Part shown: positions 1-13,061 of the stretch, piece after piece
How the letters are laid out: every line of letters begins with the position of its first letter
Numbering within the stretch: the first letter of the stretch is position 1
Source of the DNA: Phoronis australis
Taxonomy: Eukaryota; Animalia; Phoronida
Reading direction: 5' to 3'
Assembly: GCA_002633005.1 (NCBI GenBank)
Contig: NMRA01000840.1
Coordinates: 5,410 to 69,409 of the forward strand
Length of the DNA stretch: 64,000 nucleotides
Position numbers and translations under genes: made by a program
The notes under the pieces: generated by a model
The model's database searches: none
What the model was told of the DNA's origin: nothing
Seen by the model: only the letters and a program-made list of their open reading frames with translations

Positions 1-889
1 CTAAAACTGCACACGTCATTTAAATCTTGTTTCAGCCGTATAATTTCAATTACCGGGTTTAATTAATAAACTCAACATTTTTCTACGCTCTTGCTGTTTT
101 ATTTTTTGCGGCAGCCAAGGGGGGGGGGGTCGGGCCCCCTGCCTCCCCCCCTAAATCCGCCTATGATATAGGCCCGAGTGTGGTCTCGTATTCACGTAAC
201 TGGCCCGGGGTGCCAACACATTTATTTGCTGTTGCTCGAACACTGAATCATTTCCCCTATCTTAAACTCAATATCAGAATGATATCATTGCTTAAAAAGT
301 GTATTTCTGAACCATACGAACCATGTACGAATATGATCTAAATGTAAATGTGATCAGCCAAAGAAAATATTTTTTTTACAGTTAAACGTTGCCTATTGCC
401 CGGTCGTTCAAATGAGGCTTGCAATGAAGATGGTGGTCAGTAATGAGCGGTCACTTTAACGAGAAGCTTACTTTTGAAGCCCTTTTACAGTTTGTGCTTT
501 AGGAAAATACGGTTGTGCCTTAAAAAATTTGTAAGACCAGTGTCGATTAGTGTAAATTGCACAAACTTATTAGGTGCACACGGTTAACTTCTCCTGCGCA
601 CACTGGGCGGCGCACAGGAACGCATCAGTGCGTAACAGTGTCGCATCACGCGCATGTTTCGCGTGCTTCGCCAAATTTGGCGTTCCTGTCTACAGCGTTT
701 TTGCGTGGCTGAGAAACATCTTATTTTACTTTCAAAAAGCGTCACTTCTTCAGTAACATGGATTCATGCAAACAAGTACGTACAGGTGTAAGATGGTTCG
801 TAGAACTTAACTGGCCCGACTTGAATTTGTGAGACATATTTCCTTACAAAATGCAACTAGAAACGATTGTCTCAATGCTTTTTATCAAA

Positions 890-1120
890 AAGCCTATTGG
901 CCTTATCCAAAAGTTGGCATTCGCAGCAGCCTTCCGGGCTAGTAGCCAATGTCTCCCGAGATAGTACATCTGCCAGATCAAACAGGCCCGATTACTACTC
1001 CCGATCAAGCTACGGATTTCTCTCTTTGGCAAGTGAAGTTGCAATTTGTAGACAGGCTTCTGACTTTTAGCAGTTGCCTGAAACCACCCTAGCCAATACC
1101 GATTACGCAAGATGGCGAAT
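890..1120 (+). promoter_or_regulatory. Putative core promoter of zinc-finger gene A
   Basis: CCAAT/ATTGG boxes at about 896, 945 and 1093, and a YY1-type CAAGATGGCG overlapping the ATG at 1112, followed by a strong donor AG|GTAACC at 1170/1171. Confidence 0.5.
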
Positions 1121-1170
1121 CGGAAACTAAATGACTTCGAGAAACAGGGTGAAAGCTGTTCTTCTGCAAG
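1112..1170 (+). CDS. Zinc-finger gene A, putative first coding exon (MANRKLNDFEKQGESCSSA)
   Basis: ATG in AAGATGGCG context and a phase-2 donor. It is in frame with the next exon only if the acceptor TCTAG|G at 4842/4843 is used; otherwise an exon is missing. Confidence 0.45.
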
Positions 1171-2158
1171 GTAACCATAAGTTTCGCATAAAAAACTACA
1201 TGTTCGACAACACCACTTTTAGAACAGCAACATGTAAAAGTCAGTTGACAAAAAACGATTAAAATACATGTTCTTCGTACTCAAAATAAATATAACATCA
1301 ACTCATGAAAGTACCCGGATCTAATCTTAGAGTAGTCGAAATCGAAATTATTTTTGACAGTTTCCGTTCCGCTATTTGCCAAGTACAATGGGTAAACATC
1401 CCAACTTGTTGTTGGGCTAAAGAATTGGACAAGTTGAGAGCAACGGGAAAACGTCGTAATGTAGAGCTAAAGACCGGAACGTGGGTACATGCAAGATATG
1501 GGAATCAAACGACACTCGATCACCGTGCCCGGTACAACCGTTTAATTGGAAAAATCTAATAAACGTCATTTTCTTGCGTAATCCTCGGCCTTTTCTAACA
1601 AAGAAAAGTTATTTCATCGTGTTGAAAACAGTACGCCCGTGACACGCGCACGCGCCATTTCCTAAATTTTCGCAACATCTCTCGGGAGATCATATGATAG
1701 CATAGCAGCTGCAAAATTTCTTCTGAAATACGTTTTTTTCGGTATCAAAATTCTAAAAAACTTATAATAAAGTGAAACCAGTTCCGATAATTCGTTGTGA
1801 CGACGTGTACGCAACCTCGTGAAAGAACAGTTGATTGGAGAATCGGCGAAAAAAAGAAACTGGCCAATAGGTGACGCAATATTTCATGGGGCAGAATGAC
1901 GTCGCTGGAGATCGCTCCACAACTTTAGCAGCAGAATAACGAGGGTAGAACGCCGCCATTTTTTCCAAAACTGTTTTAACAGTCTTCCATGAGTAAACTA
2001 GATTACTTAATCTAGTTTACTCAAGGAAGACTAGTTTTTAAAAGTGACACTTTGTATCACATTTTATATTACCACTTTTTTACCTACATCGGCGCAAAGT
2101 TTTCATGGCGGTGTTTTCCTGTTGCTCTCAACTTGTGCGATTCTGTAGCCCAACACCC

Positions 2159-2423
2159 CAGTGCGTGTCCGCCCACGTGGGGGGCTCCAACGAGCCCCCC
2201 TGTTTAGCGAAGAGGACAAAAAGGTCCGCCCAGAGAAACAAAAAAATCCCGGCCAAGAAATCGAGACAAAAAAGTCCACAAAAGTCGCAAACGCACAATT
2301 CACAGTCCCTGACGTGCCCCCCATTTCTTTATTTTTTTTTCAATCCTTCGGCGTTTTGTCGGTAAAAGGTCCGCATCGTCGGAAATTCGAGCCCCCCATA
2401 TTAAAGGCTGGGTGCACGCATGC
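2159..2423. mobile_element. GC-rich MITE-like dispersed repeat; related inverted copy at about 16582-16847
   Basis: Ends CAGTGCGTGTCC...GGGTGCACGCATG. The segment AAAAGGTCCGCATC..GGAAATTC..CCCATATTAAAGGCTGGGTG recurs reverse-complemented at 16585-16640. It interrupts a repeat (2100-2830) whose uninterrupted relative is at about 41335-41880. Confidence 0.55.
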
Positions 2424-4831
2424 CCTGTAGCCAATATCTTAGACCAACACGCAACTGATTGACTCGGCCATTCTGGCATTTAGGGTTGGAGTTTTGCTCT
2501 AATCTCCAGTAAGGTCATATCTACCTTGACTGGGCTGTTCTGTTAAAATAACATATTTGAGCATCAACCAAAAGCATTTTTGAAATTCTCGTTAAATATG
2601 GTGATCATGTTTAGTTTTTGCCAAAATTGCCCAACTTCAACCGAATCTAATCTTTCCGAATGGGCACTGTGTTCGCGTGTGATCTGTAATAAGCTTCAGT
2701 GGTACAATTAGCCTGCTGTGCAAGACTGTGCTTGGCAGTTAACGCCAAGAAGCTAGATAGGCTACACCCTCGGCACAACCCTCTACATAGTAAGGTGAAG
2801 CCTCTGAACGGTAAAACGCCGTCATGTTGGCTGCCCTATGCAATTAATATTATTTTACTTCCGTTTGCCCCCAAGCATGACAAAGTGCGTATGGCCGAAA
2901 TGGCATTGAGTCAGTCGTCGATCGAGGCGGCCGAGAACATGAAAGGGACTGGCAGGACCGGATCCGAGTCTAGTCTCCCGGCTTAAGCCTAGCTACGTAC
3001 TGAGTCAATCATGGTAAACTTGCCGCCAAAGAGTTGATCTGAAAAGAAGGCTCTGGCAGCGGTGGCGTTCAAGTTTTAACCCGCGCCTCCGCACGTCATA
3101 GTCGTAGCTGCAGGCTGCCGTGGCTGCCCCGTCTGTTCTGTTAATTTAATGTGGTAGAAATAGCCAAACGGGCTAATGTTAATCTGTTCTTCGAACGACG
3201 TTAAACAAAGATTCTTGATCAAGTTCTTGATTGCATGGTGGGCGGCAATCGAAGTCGGAATATTTCCAACAGTCGATCTATTTGTTTTCAAAATGATGAA
3301 AATTCAAATCTTTTATCATCAGTGGTGAGTAAAATGTTTTGATAGTCACGTGCTCCATTGAAGTTGACGCCGATCACCGGGAATATCAAACTCCGCGACT
3401 CGACGCCTAGTCACTGAAGTTGCCCGGAAAAAGTCACTCCTGCACTTGAGACACGACCTCAGCCACGGTGTTCTGGGTAAGGGAAGGTCAACGAGCCGAA
3501 TGCCCTATAACTGCTGTCACAACCACTGGAGTCGCTGCGGTTTCACACATTGTTTCCGGTATGGAGAGCCCAGCTGGTTCAACAGAGAAACAAATGATGT
3601 TAAGAGGCAGCAGGCATTGGGCGATGCTTTGTTCAGCCTTCGATACGTATGTGAGAGACTCTGGCGAAGAGTGTGTATTACTGAAATGGGACCACGTTCT
3701 CGAAAAAATATCTATGAAGGGAAGCCCTCAACTAAAGAAATCATTCACGCGAAGCCTCCTGTTAAAAGTTAAGGCCAATTATAAAAAGGTGTGTAGATTC
3801 AGAAGTGGAACGATGACTTTTTACCATGTGACGAAATTAGCACACCTAGATAGTTTGATATGTGTCCTCCTGTAATATTTAGTTAAATTCGTTTTATGTT
3901 GCTACTTATTTTTCTTAGAAATTGTAAAATTCTTCTTTTTGATGGCCCCTCAAGTCAAAAGTGGAGCGTGAGAGCCGTGAGACATTTTCCAACAACGTTT
4001 TGGAGACTTACACGAAGCATGGTACTAAAGAAGTTTCATATCAATCTGTTAGACCACGTTCTGAGATATAGCGTCTCAAAGTTAGTCAAATTTTCTAGAT
4101 AACTACATAACCCTTAGAGCTGCTGCAAACTTGCATAACTTGCCAAAAACAACTGATAGCTCACACTGCACGCTGTGCAAATACAAAATTATTTTTAGCA
4201 TTTTCCTGTAAGAATTCATGATGATTGTCCTTGTTTTTGCTTGAGTTCACAATGGTTTATGGGTATACGTGTAGCTGTCTTATCGTAGTTTGCACTTGGT
4301 GACACCAGTGTAGGGGGAAAACGTTTGAGCCTGAACTCGATGTGTCGAGTTTTTACTCGAATTTGAAACTCAAATACAAGAATCATTAAGTTTGAACTTT
4401 GACTAGAAAGTCATATGCATGAACCATAATATCTTCAAGCATTGCCTATCACTACTTATCTTGAGTTCGCACAAAAATAGAACAGAAAATGACAAAAATA
4501 ATTTCCAGTTCGATTTCCAGTGCAACTTGTCACATCTTGTCCTTTACTAACCTTTGACCTTTGTTCCACCTCTGTTGTTGTCATGCTGATAATGTATTAC
4601 TGCAGAGCGTGAACCCACTTGCCTGACCTTATGGGAAAGTTACAGTATGCAACAAGATAAGGATTTTGTCTCTGGTCCCTTACTTCTGGCGAAATAAGTA
4701 ATGAGGAACGGCTCAGAAATCACTTCTGATTTACAAGTTGACAGACCAGTTGTGAAGCTTTAAAATACCTGTTACATCTTTTTGTTTCTCAAAATTTCAT
4801 TGAGTATAATCTGATTCCTTTTTTATTTTAG

Positions 4832-5540
4832 GTGATGTCTAGGTCAACAACACCCGTACACAATCGACGAGTAAATCTCATGCTAGGGGAGGAAAAATGT
4901 ATTGATCCACTCGAGATCAGTCAAGCCATGGTATCTGTGATTGGGGCTTGTGATTTAGACAATGCCGACCCTCTCATTCAGAGTCACAGTAACACTGTTG
5001 ATGTGTGTAGTGGCTCAAGAGACAATGATGTTGTTAGCAACACTCAGACCTCGTCTATTAAAATAAACCAATGTGCAGATGGCAACTTTACATCAGAAAT
5101 ACGTTCATCTTCATCGTATTCAGAATCAGATGGGACTGGATCAGGTATTGAGAAATGTTGTAATCGTATTGCCGTATCAAATGCATGTGATAAGATGTCT
5201 GTTTCCACTGGACTGTTGACAATGACACAGTCAGCCGAGAAGGAAGATGATACGGGGGATGGAGAACAGGCAACTTGTGATATTGACAGCTTTACCTGTG
5301 GAGGGTGTGGCTTGGTCTCTGTTGATGAGTCGAGTTTGGAAGACCACGCCCAATGTCACACGAGTCGAGACGAGAGTGACATGCAGGCTATCACCGCTAG
5401 CCCTGATGGGAATGAACAAGGCAGTCAGCAGGAACACAATACAGCTGAGTGTTACATTTGTGGAGTGAACCTGGAGACCAGAGGGGAGCTAGCACGACAT
5501 ATGAGCATTCACCGTAACAGTAAGCAGCAGAAGTGTGATG
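4832..5540 (+). CDS. Zinc-finger gene A, exon with Ser/Asp-rich low-complexity region and two C2H2 fingers
   Basis: Polypyrimidine tract + AG at 4830-4831. ORF contains CGGC..HAQCH and CYIC..HMSIH. A weak phase-1 donor after 5540 matches the phase-1 acceptor at 6775/6776. Confidence 0.75.
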
Positions 5541-6249
5541 GTTTTTATAAAAATGCTTCTATTTAACTGTAAGCACGATAGTTCTTCACTTATTTAGCTC
5601 ACAACATGGCCGACAAGTGAGAAACTATTTTTTTCAAATTTCTCAACAAAAATAAACATTGAGAAAAAATTAATCTATTACTCATAGTTTTAATTGTATA
5701 AATACCATAAAAGCATTGAATGAAGTTATCGTGATGTAGAGCAAAGCACTCTGCCTTTGAAAATTAATTGTCATATTTTGTGGTTGGTTTCTGTCTCAAA
5801 GATACACCAATTAATAGTGTTGAAGTAGCACAGTTTTTAGTCTTCTGTACCAAAAACATAATTGCAGTGCTACACATCTGTAATTAGATCATAGCAGAAT
5901 GAATGGTTTATTTTTCAACAGTTCCTGCCGAAAGAGTTATTTGCAATGTGAAAACCTTGTGGTGAAACGAGAACAACTTGGGCTTTTTTTTAATGGAAGG
6001 TGACTTTTGACTTGACACAGAAATTTGGTGTTGTACTCCAAACTGTCAGCTATTTCTGAGAATGAATTATCTCGTTCGGCAAATTAAGCGCAGTCATTCA
6101 CAACAGAAATGTAACTGCTAATTACAGAGATAATTTCTATAAATTATTTATAGAGTGTGATGCTCTCATAATTACACGCAATACATTTTTGTGTTAATTA
6201 CTGACATCAGAAAAACTGTGCCATCTAGTGCCATCTTTCTGATATATAT

Positions 6250-6448
6250 TACTATCAACGGAAGGATAGACATAAAAGATTCCGCGAAAGGCCCACATCT
6301 TGGTTCTGCATGACTTTACTTCCTAGTGCCTATTGAACACAGTCTGTGCAGGTCACTCGTGTTTGTTCAATGGAAGGGAATGCAGAACCAATATGTGGGC
6401 TCTTTGTCGAGCCATTTACATCATGTTGTATTGTTCCATGGATAGTAG
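6250..6448. mobile_element. Foldback MITE-like element in an intron of gene A
   Basis: Imperfect inverted arms TACTATC..GGAA / TTCC..GATAGTA and GCCCACAT.TTGGTTCTGCAT / ATGCAGAACCAA.ATGTGGGC; TA at both ends. Confidence 0.5.
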
Positions 6449-6775
6449 CATAGGATAGGACACACTGGTCAAGAGAACAGTTCCAAGGTAACCAAGGACC
6501 TGTATTTGTACTAAGGGTAATCGCAAAAAAGCTGCTTTCGCGTTACTGTCAGTAATGGTTCAGTGTTCCACAAAGATGGCTTTACTTTTGAATTTTAAAC
6601 CTGCATTTCATTCCCAATTACAACCTAAAATCTCACAAACTTTCCTTACAGTTCCCTTTGGTTTTTATCATTAAAAGGAATTGAAGTGTCAGTTTACATT
6701 GACCTGAAGTGGAATAATTTTGAATCAGTTGCTCCGGTCGTGATCTGCATTAAAATGTGACTTCTTGTCTTTTAG

Positions 6776-8895
6776 GTAAGGGTGAACTTGTTTGTCCGCA
6801 CTGCAATCGCACATTCACCAACTCCATGAATTATACACGACACGTGCAATCCCATGATCCCCAACGCACGCGACACTGCAGTTCGTGTTCAGCCACTTTC
6901 ACCAGTTACCGCGAGGCGCGACGTCATTACTACTTGGAACACAAGAAGCAAAAGTCGTTTGAGTGCGGAGACTGCCAGGCAACATTTCACCAGAAACGTG
7001 AGTTCACATTGCACAGACGATCACACACGGGGCCATTTGTGTGCAAGCAGTGCGGCAAACGTTTCACACTGGAGTCCAACCTGGAGCGGCACCAAGATGT
7101 CCATACCAAGTGCCTCTCGTGTCCCCTGTGTGGTAAGATTGTACTGAATGAGCAATATCTCCATCGCCATATGATCGTTCATGGCGCCACTGATGGAAAA
7201 TTCAAGTGTGAGGAGTGTAAACGGTCGTTTATGAATGCCAAGAACTATGAGAGGCATTTACGTTCGCACAACCCGCACCGCCAACGGGAGTGCAGCAGGT
7301 GTCATGTTCAGTTTAATAGTCGCAAAGACCTGCGAAACCATTATAAATCCCAGCATCAGGTGAAAAAGTTGAATTACCAGTGCCCCATCTGTTACAAATG
7401 GTTCGTGTCGAGGGGCGTAATGCTCAACCACCAGACAACTCACTCGAGTGACCGCAACTTCATGTGTCATCACTGCAGTAGATGCTTTAAGTTGGAGATC
7501 TATCTGCGCCGGCACGTGAATCGCATCCATCTAAACAAGACCAGTGAAAAGGTTGCCTGCCACGTTTGCGGAGTGCAGCTCAGTGACCGTCGTAATCTCG
7601 AGATGCACATGCGTCGGCATACTGGAGAGCGTCCATTCGCATGTCCACATTGCACCGAGCACTTCCCGACGCAAAAAGCACTGACAAATCATGTGTTACG
7701 ACACACAGGCATAAAGGACTTTGTGTGCGATCAATGCGGCAAATCTTTTGGCAAGCGCAGTGGCCTTGAAATACACAAGGTGAGTCACAGCAGTGAGAAG
7801 CCATACAAGTGCAACATATGTGACCTGAGGTTCGTGTCGAAGCCGCGGCGTAAGAGGCACGAGATCTCGCACTCGACGGAGAAACCTCATAAGTGCCCAG
7901 TGTGTGCCAAAGGCTTCAAATACTTGTACAATCTGACGTTCCATCTGCGGTCACACAGCAACGACAGTAGTGTTTACACATGCGATATATGTCATAAAAA
8001 CTACAGAACCGAGAGTACCCTGCGAATACATAAAGCAACTCATGTGGCACCTGTAACCCTGTCTGGTCACCATAGCAATGATGGGAAAGTAGTTCCGTCG
8101 GTCCGTGTTGCTAGGGATTCAACAGCATTGTTTGCCAATCAAAATGCAACTGTCGACCTAGCAGAAGATTCAAGAGCCTGGCCTAGCATTCAAAACAGGG
8201 AATCTGTAAGTGGGACTGAAGATTCAAATGGCTTGCATAGTATTTCAAAAAGTGTCAGTGTCAATGAGGCCAGAGATTCATGGGGCTTGCCTACCATTCA
8301 GAACAATCCAACTGTCAGTGGGGCGGGAGATTCAAGAAGTCGAACTATTGTTCCAAACAATGTCAGTGGGGCGGGAGATGCAAGTAGTCTGCCTATCAGT
8401 CAGAACAGTGGTGCTGTTAGTGAGGCCGGAGATTCTATAGGCTTGCCTAGTTTGACTGGCAGTTGTGCGGGAGATTCAAGATACTTGCCTACCAGTCTAA
8501 AGAGCAGAACTGTAAGTGGTATGGAAAATCTGAGAAGCTTTCTTAACATTCAGAACAGTGCTGTTGTAGGTAGAATGGAGAATTCAAGAGCGCAGCATGT
8601 TATTCCAAATGGTGCCATTGCCTGTGGGGCTGCAGATTCAAGAAGCTTCCCTTCCATTCAGAGCAGTTCAACTGTCAGTGAGACGAGAGATTCAATAGGT
8701 TTGCCCAGAAATATAAGTAGTGGAATAGTCAGTGCAGTGGGAGTTTCAAAATACTTGCCCACCAATCTAAAGAGTAGAAATGTCAGTGATAAGGGAGGTT
8801 CAAAAGGATTTCCGACAATTCAGAACAGTGCAATGACATCCATTTGCCCAACACAGGTGTATTATAACCTACTGCCAAGAATGCTCGATCATTAG
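6776..8895 (+). CDS. Zinc-finger gene A, last exon: 15 tandem C2H2 fingers plus repetitive Ser/Gly-rich tail
   Basis: 712-aa ORF with 15 CxxC..H..H units and TGERPF/SEKPY linkers; acceptor CTTTTAG|GT at 6775/6776; stop TAG ending 8895. Confidence 0.93.
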
Positions 8896-11220
8896 GTGTC
8901 TTACAAATAACAGATTTCATTATTCACCAGTGCAGGTCAGTTGCACATTTCTGATTAAATATTTTATTGTAGCTAGGTTACTTCGTTTTTATTAGGTATA
9001 TTAAGACCTACTGACCCATAACACGAGGCAACATTCTTTTCTGTTTATAGGGAACATTTCGTCTGTACATTGCAACTGTTGAAAATTTTTTTGTTTATTT
9101 TATTGACTTGCTTCTTGGTAATTTTTAAACTTAGATTATGCGTTTGCCTTTCATAAATTTTGTTTGAAACCATGAAAACTGGGATGTCATGAAAGGGTGC
9201 AATATGCTCCATGTGGAACCCATTGCTGTTTTTCCTGTTACGTGTATTTAACTATGTAAGGACAGAATGTTCTACTTTCTTGTGTGCATAACACACTAGT
9301 GCTGGTGACTCATGAAGAAAATGTATTTTATTTTGTTTGATACATGTATGTATTTTAGAGCAGATTCTGCTCTGTTAAGCTGTCTGAAAAGCAAACACTG
9401 AGACATACATGTATAGTTACCAAATGTAATATGTATTTATTTTAAGCGGTTTCGTGGCAGGAAAGTGAGGCATTGAATGAGTGTGATCATTGTAATTATA
9501 GTTATGGGGAGAGTGACACATGGGATTCTCTTTTGTCAGTTATGATAATCTCTTACCGTAATCTTTTTATAAATTCTTTAGGCAAAAAACATGGTTGCTT
9601 CTGTTTTTTTTTGTTTAAAAAGGAGTCTGTGGAGTATTGTTTTGTTTGTGTCACTCTTTCAAAAAGTCTCCCCAGGATAAGAAAAAAGATGCAGGATTTT
9701 GTTTACTCATTGTTTGGCAAATCATGGCGTTTAAACCTTGCTTTAAGCATTTTCTTAAAAAAAGACACGAGGCCATTGCTGAAATTGACGCAGACGTGCG
9801 TTTGTATTTTTAGTTAGTGACCACAGGTCTAGGAATGAGTCGGGCTAGGGACCAGAACCAACTTTGCTTTGTTTGGCCTAATCTGAGTAAGCAACAAGTG
9901 AACTGTCTCATTTTATGACACTGCAATTACACTAACTGCTTTTGCTCAAAGCATGTTTTAGGCAATTTTATAATTCACTTTTTATTTAATTAGTTGTGAA
10001 ATCAATGTACATGTATCTTACCACTGATTCTTGTTTGAAACTTATTGATAACAGGGACTCCATGTTTTTGTATTTTTAATCAGTGAAGCTTTGTTAACAT
10101 GTTCGTTTGCTTGACTTGTTCTCAGCTGAGAGGTCATTGTTGATGTTATGTTCACTAGGCAACTAGCATTGTTGAGTGTTCTTCACACTTTGTCTCACAG
10201 TTAAATTGCCATTTTTTATTGTTGCTTTTTAAGTTTGTTCGAACTATTGAGTTTGGGTGTTTTTGGCCTCGTATTACATTTATAAGAGATACACGAGATT
10301 GAGATATGCATAGTTTTCACGTGATCATATCAGGACAAGCTGCATGTAGAATCAAAATAATTTGGAGGATTCCATATACGGTAATGAATTGCTGTCTTGT
10401 TTCAAAGCATTCTAGGACGGCTATGGGGCCACAGATAACTTGTGGGCATGTAAACTTATTCAGGATTAATTGCATTTTACGTAATGAAATTTTACCTCAA
10501 TGTAATTGGATGGCATAGTACAAAATGTTTTGCGCATTTTGGGGTTGACTTTCAGTCCTTCATTTTTCAGTTGTTTGATGGTTGTTTTGTTGCATTACCA
10601 CATGTTGTAGTGAGGCCGCGCTTCTAATTCTGGTCTACTCAAGTGACAACTGTTGTTTTCTGTCATGGTTTTGTGTCACCAAGTTATGTTTACAGGCCAA
10701 CAAGTGTCCCACAATGCACTTGAAAAATGACAGCAGCACCGCAGTTGAAATCCTGAGAATTAATTTAGGTACATTGCATATAAACATCGATTGAAAAGCC
10801 AGAGGATAAAATTGTTGGGGCCCACATTTAAAAGGCCTGTGACATCGTCCACTGATATTGACCTAGTGTTCAACATATGTTCTCAGTCTCTAACAGGAAG
10901 CATCGGATTCCTTACCTCTTGCTACCACTACGGCCTATAGCTATTGATAGAGAGTACAGTATTAGCTCATATCATGTACCCAGGTTCAAGTCTACTCAAA
11001 ATTGCGATCGTTTTTGGAATTTCCTGTCCTGCTTTTTGTGCAGTCAAGATAAGCGTCTATCATTCTGTGCTCGAGTATGGCTTACATGAATAATTGTCTA
11101 ATCTTTATTTGCACCTGATGACCCCAGCATTAAGGCTTAAACGTTTTAAGTCTCTGAACTCAAAATTTTGAGTTTTTACTCAAAATCCCAAGTTATTCCT
11201 GAGTTAGTAGCTCATATGTG

Positions 11221-11444
11221 TTGGTCATCAAGTGTGTACTCAAATTTGGTAGTCATCAATTGTGTACTCGAAGTTGGTAGTCATCAATTGCGTACTAAAA
11301 TTTAGTAGTCATCAATTGTGCACTCAAATTTGGTAGTCATCAATTGTGTACTCAAATTTGGTAGTCATCAATTGTGTACTCAAAGTTGGTAGTCATCAAT
11401 TGTGTACTCAAAGTTGGTAGTCATCTATTGTGTACTCAAATTTG
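11221..11444. repeat. 28-bp minisatellite, about 8 copies
   Basis: Unit TTGGTAGTCATCAATTGTGTACTCAAA(T/G) in head-to-tail array with few substitutions and no unique spacers. Confidence 0.92.
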
Positions 11445-12493
11445 AAGCCACTGCGCTAACCATAATGTGCACGAGCACAAAATGATAGAGCACTTATCTT
11501 TTTTCTCTCAAAAGTAGAATGAATAAGACGTGCCAAAAATAAGTTGGACTTCGAGTACAAAGACTAGACCCTGGACCTTAATTCACCTCTCAACTAATGG
11601 AGGAAGAAAAACGCAGTGCATGTATGATTGAATGCCCTCAGAATTACGTCTAGTCTGTGAGGGAAGAAAAAAGTGCATGAGGGGAATCATGCAATAGAAG
11701 CACCCCACTAGCTGGAGGGGCCCCGCACTGCAGCCACGCCCCCTGTTCATTACAGCCCCCACCCTCTTGCTAACAATTTTTTGTGTAGCCCCCTGTTGAA
11801 TAGGTGTGGCTGTGCCAGTGAGTAAGGCTCAAATAGTTTGCTAAACAGTTTATTTGCTCATCAGTTCAATTAAATGAATCCAAATCTGTTATCTGAGTCT
11901 GTTTCATGAAAATGAGTTGAGACTCAGGACAGAAATTTCTTTTGCGCTCTTACTTCACAATTGCTGAATAAAAGTTTAGGCAAGTGTTCATGACCACATC
12001 ACTGTCTTGCAATAGCAAATTATCTCAGTAACTAGCAGTGAGTTGTATATTCTCAGATGCTAAATGCTCATCTGCGGGAGTGAGAGTTAATCATTTTTCT
12101 GAGATTGTAAGGAACGTAACACCAAATTTATGTCCAAGTCTTAAAGCCTAACTTCATCAGAATTTTATTATTTTAGATGTATTGGGCTAACCAGATAGCC
12201 CTAATAAAATAAGAAAACGAGTTCAATCACACAAATTTAAGCCTTTCAAATGATAGGTGAAGCTGCCTTTTCGTGCCATGTTGCATCACCGTGAGATCTC
12301 AGCACAAACCACAACAGTTGTATTGAATAGGGGTCTGAATAGAACACCATTGCGTTTGTGTGTTATTCGCAGTTGTTTGTATTAAAAGGTGATTCTCGCG
12401 GTGACGTAGACATAAGCAAGCCAATACACCTAACAGTCCGTTACATTTGGCAATTTATGGCACTAGTTGGCTCAGAGCGATGCTCTTAATATA

Positions 12494-12913
12494 CTGTAGG
12501 AACCCAATTTACAGGTGTTACCGTTGAAGATAGGCTTAAAGCCATTTTTTATGAAACAGACCACAGGTTATAATCAAAAATGAAGAATTGAAAACCAGAT
12601 AACTTTATAATTGCAAAAATGAAAAAGACTTATAGTTACTTAAACCCATCAAAAAGAGGCGCAGTCCCAAGAAATACTACTGTATGTAACATAGAAAAGT
12701 AGGACTGTAGGAACCCGATTTACAGGTGTTACCGTTGAAGATAGGCTTAAAGCCATTTTTTTATGAAACAGACCACAGGTTATAATCAAAAATGAAGAAT
12801 TGAAAACCAGATAACTTTATAATTGCAAAAATGAAAAAGACTTATAGTTACTTAAATCCATCAAAAAGAGGCGTAGTCCCAAGAAATACTACTGTATGTA
12901 ACATAGAAAAGTA
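12494..12913. repeat. Near-perfect tandem duplication of about 210 bp
   Basis: CTGTAGGAACCC.ATTTACAGG...ACATAGAAAAGTA occurs at about 12494-12701 and 12705-12913. Confidence 0.9.
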
Positions 12914-13061
12914 ACGGTTATCGTCCAACTGAGGTCCAAACAAAATAATTATCTACATTCCAAACAATGACCCTGTAGATGGCTTCATCCAAGTACATTA
13001 AATGTAGACACAGTTAATAGTTCTTTCAATATAATAACAAAAATAACAATTACACTACAAC

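Noticed and set aside
2699-4102. Cluster of 70-135 aa ORFs in intron 1 of ZNF A
   Set aside because: No recognisable domain or consistent splice chain; probably repeat-derived.
11221-11444. 28-bp repeat array as a CRISPR
   Set aside because: Units are contiguous with no unique spacers, there are no cas genes, and the context is eukaryotic.
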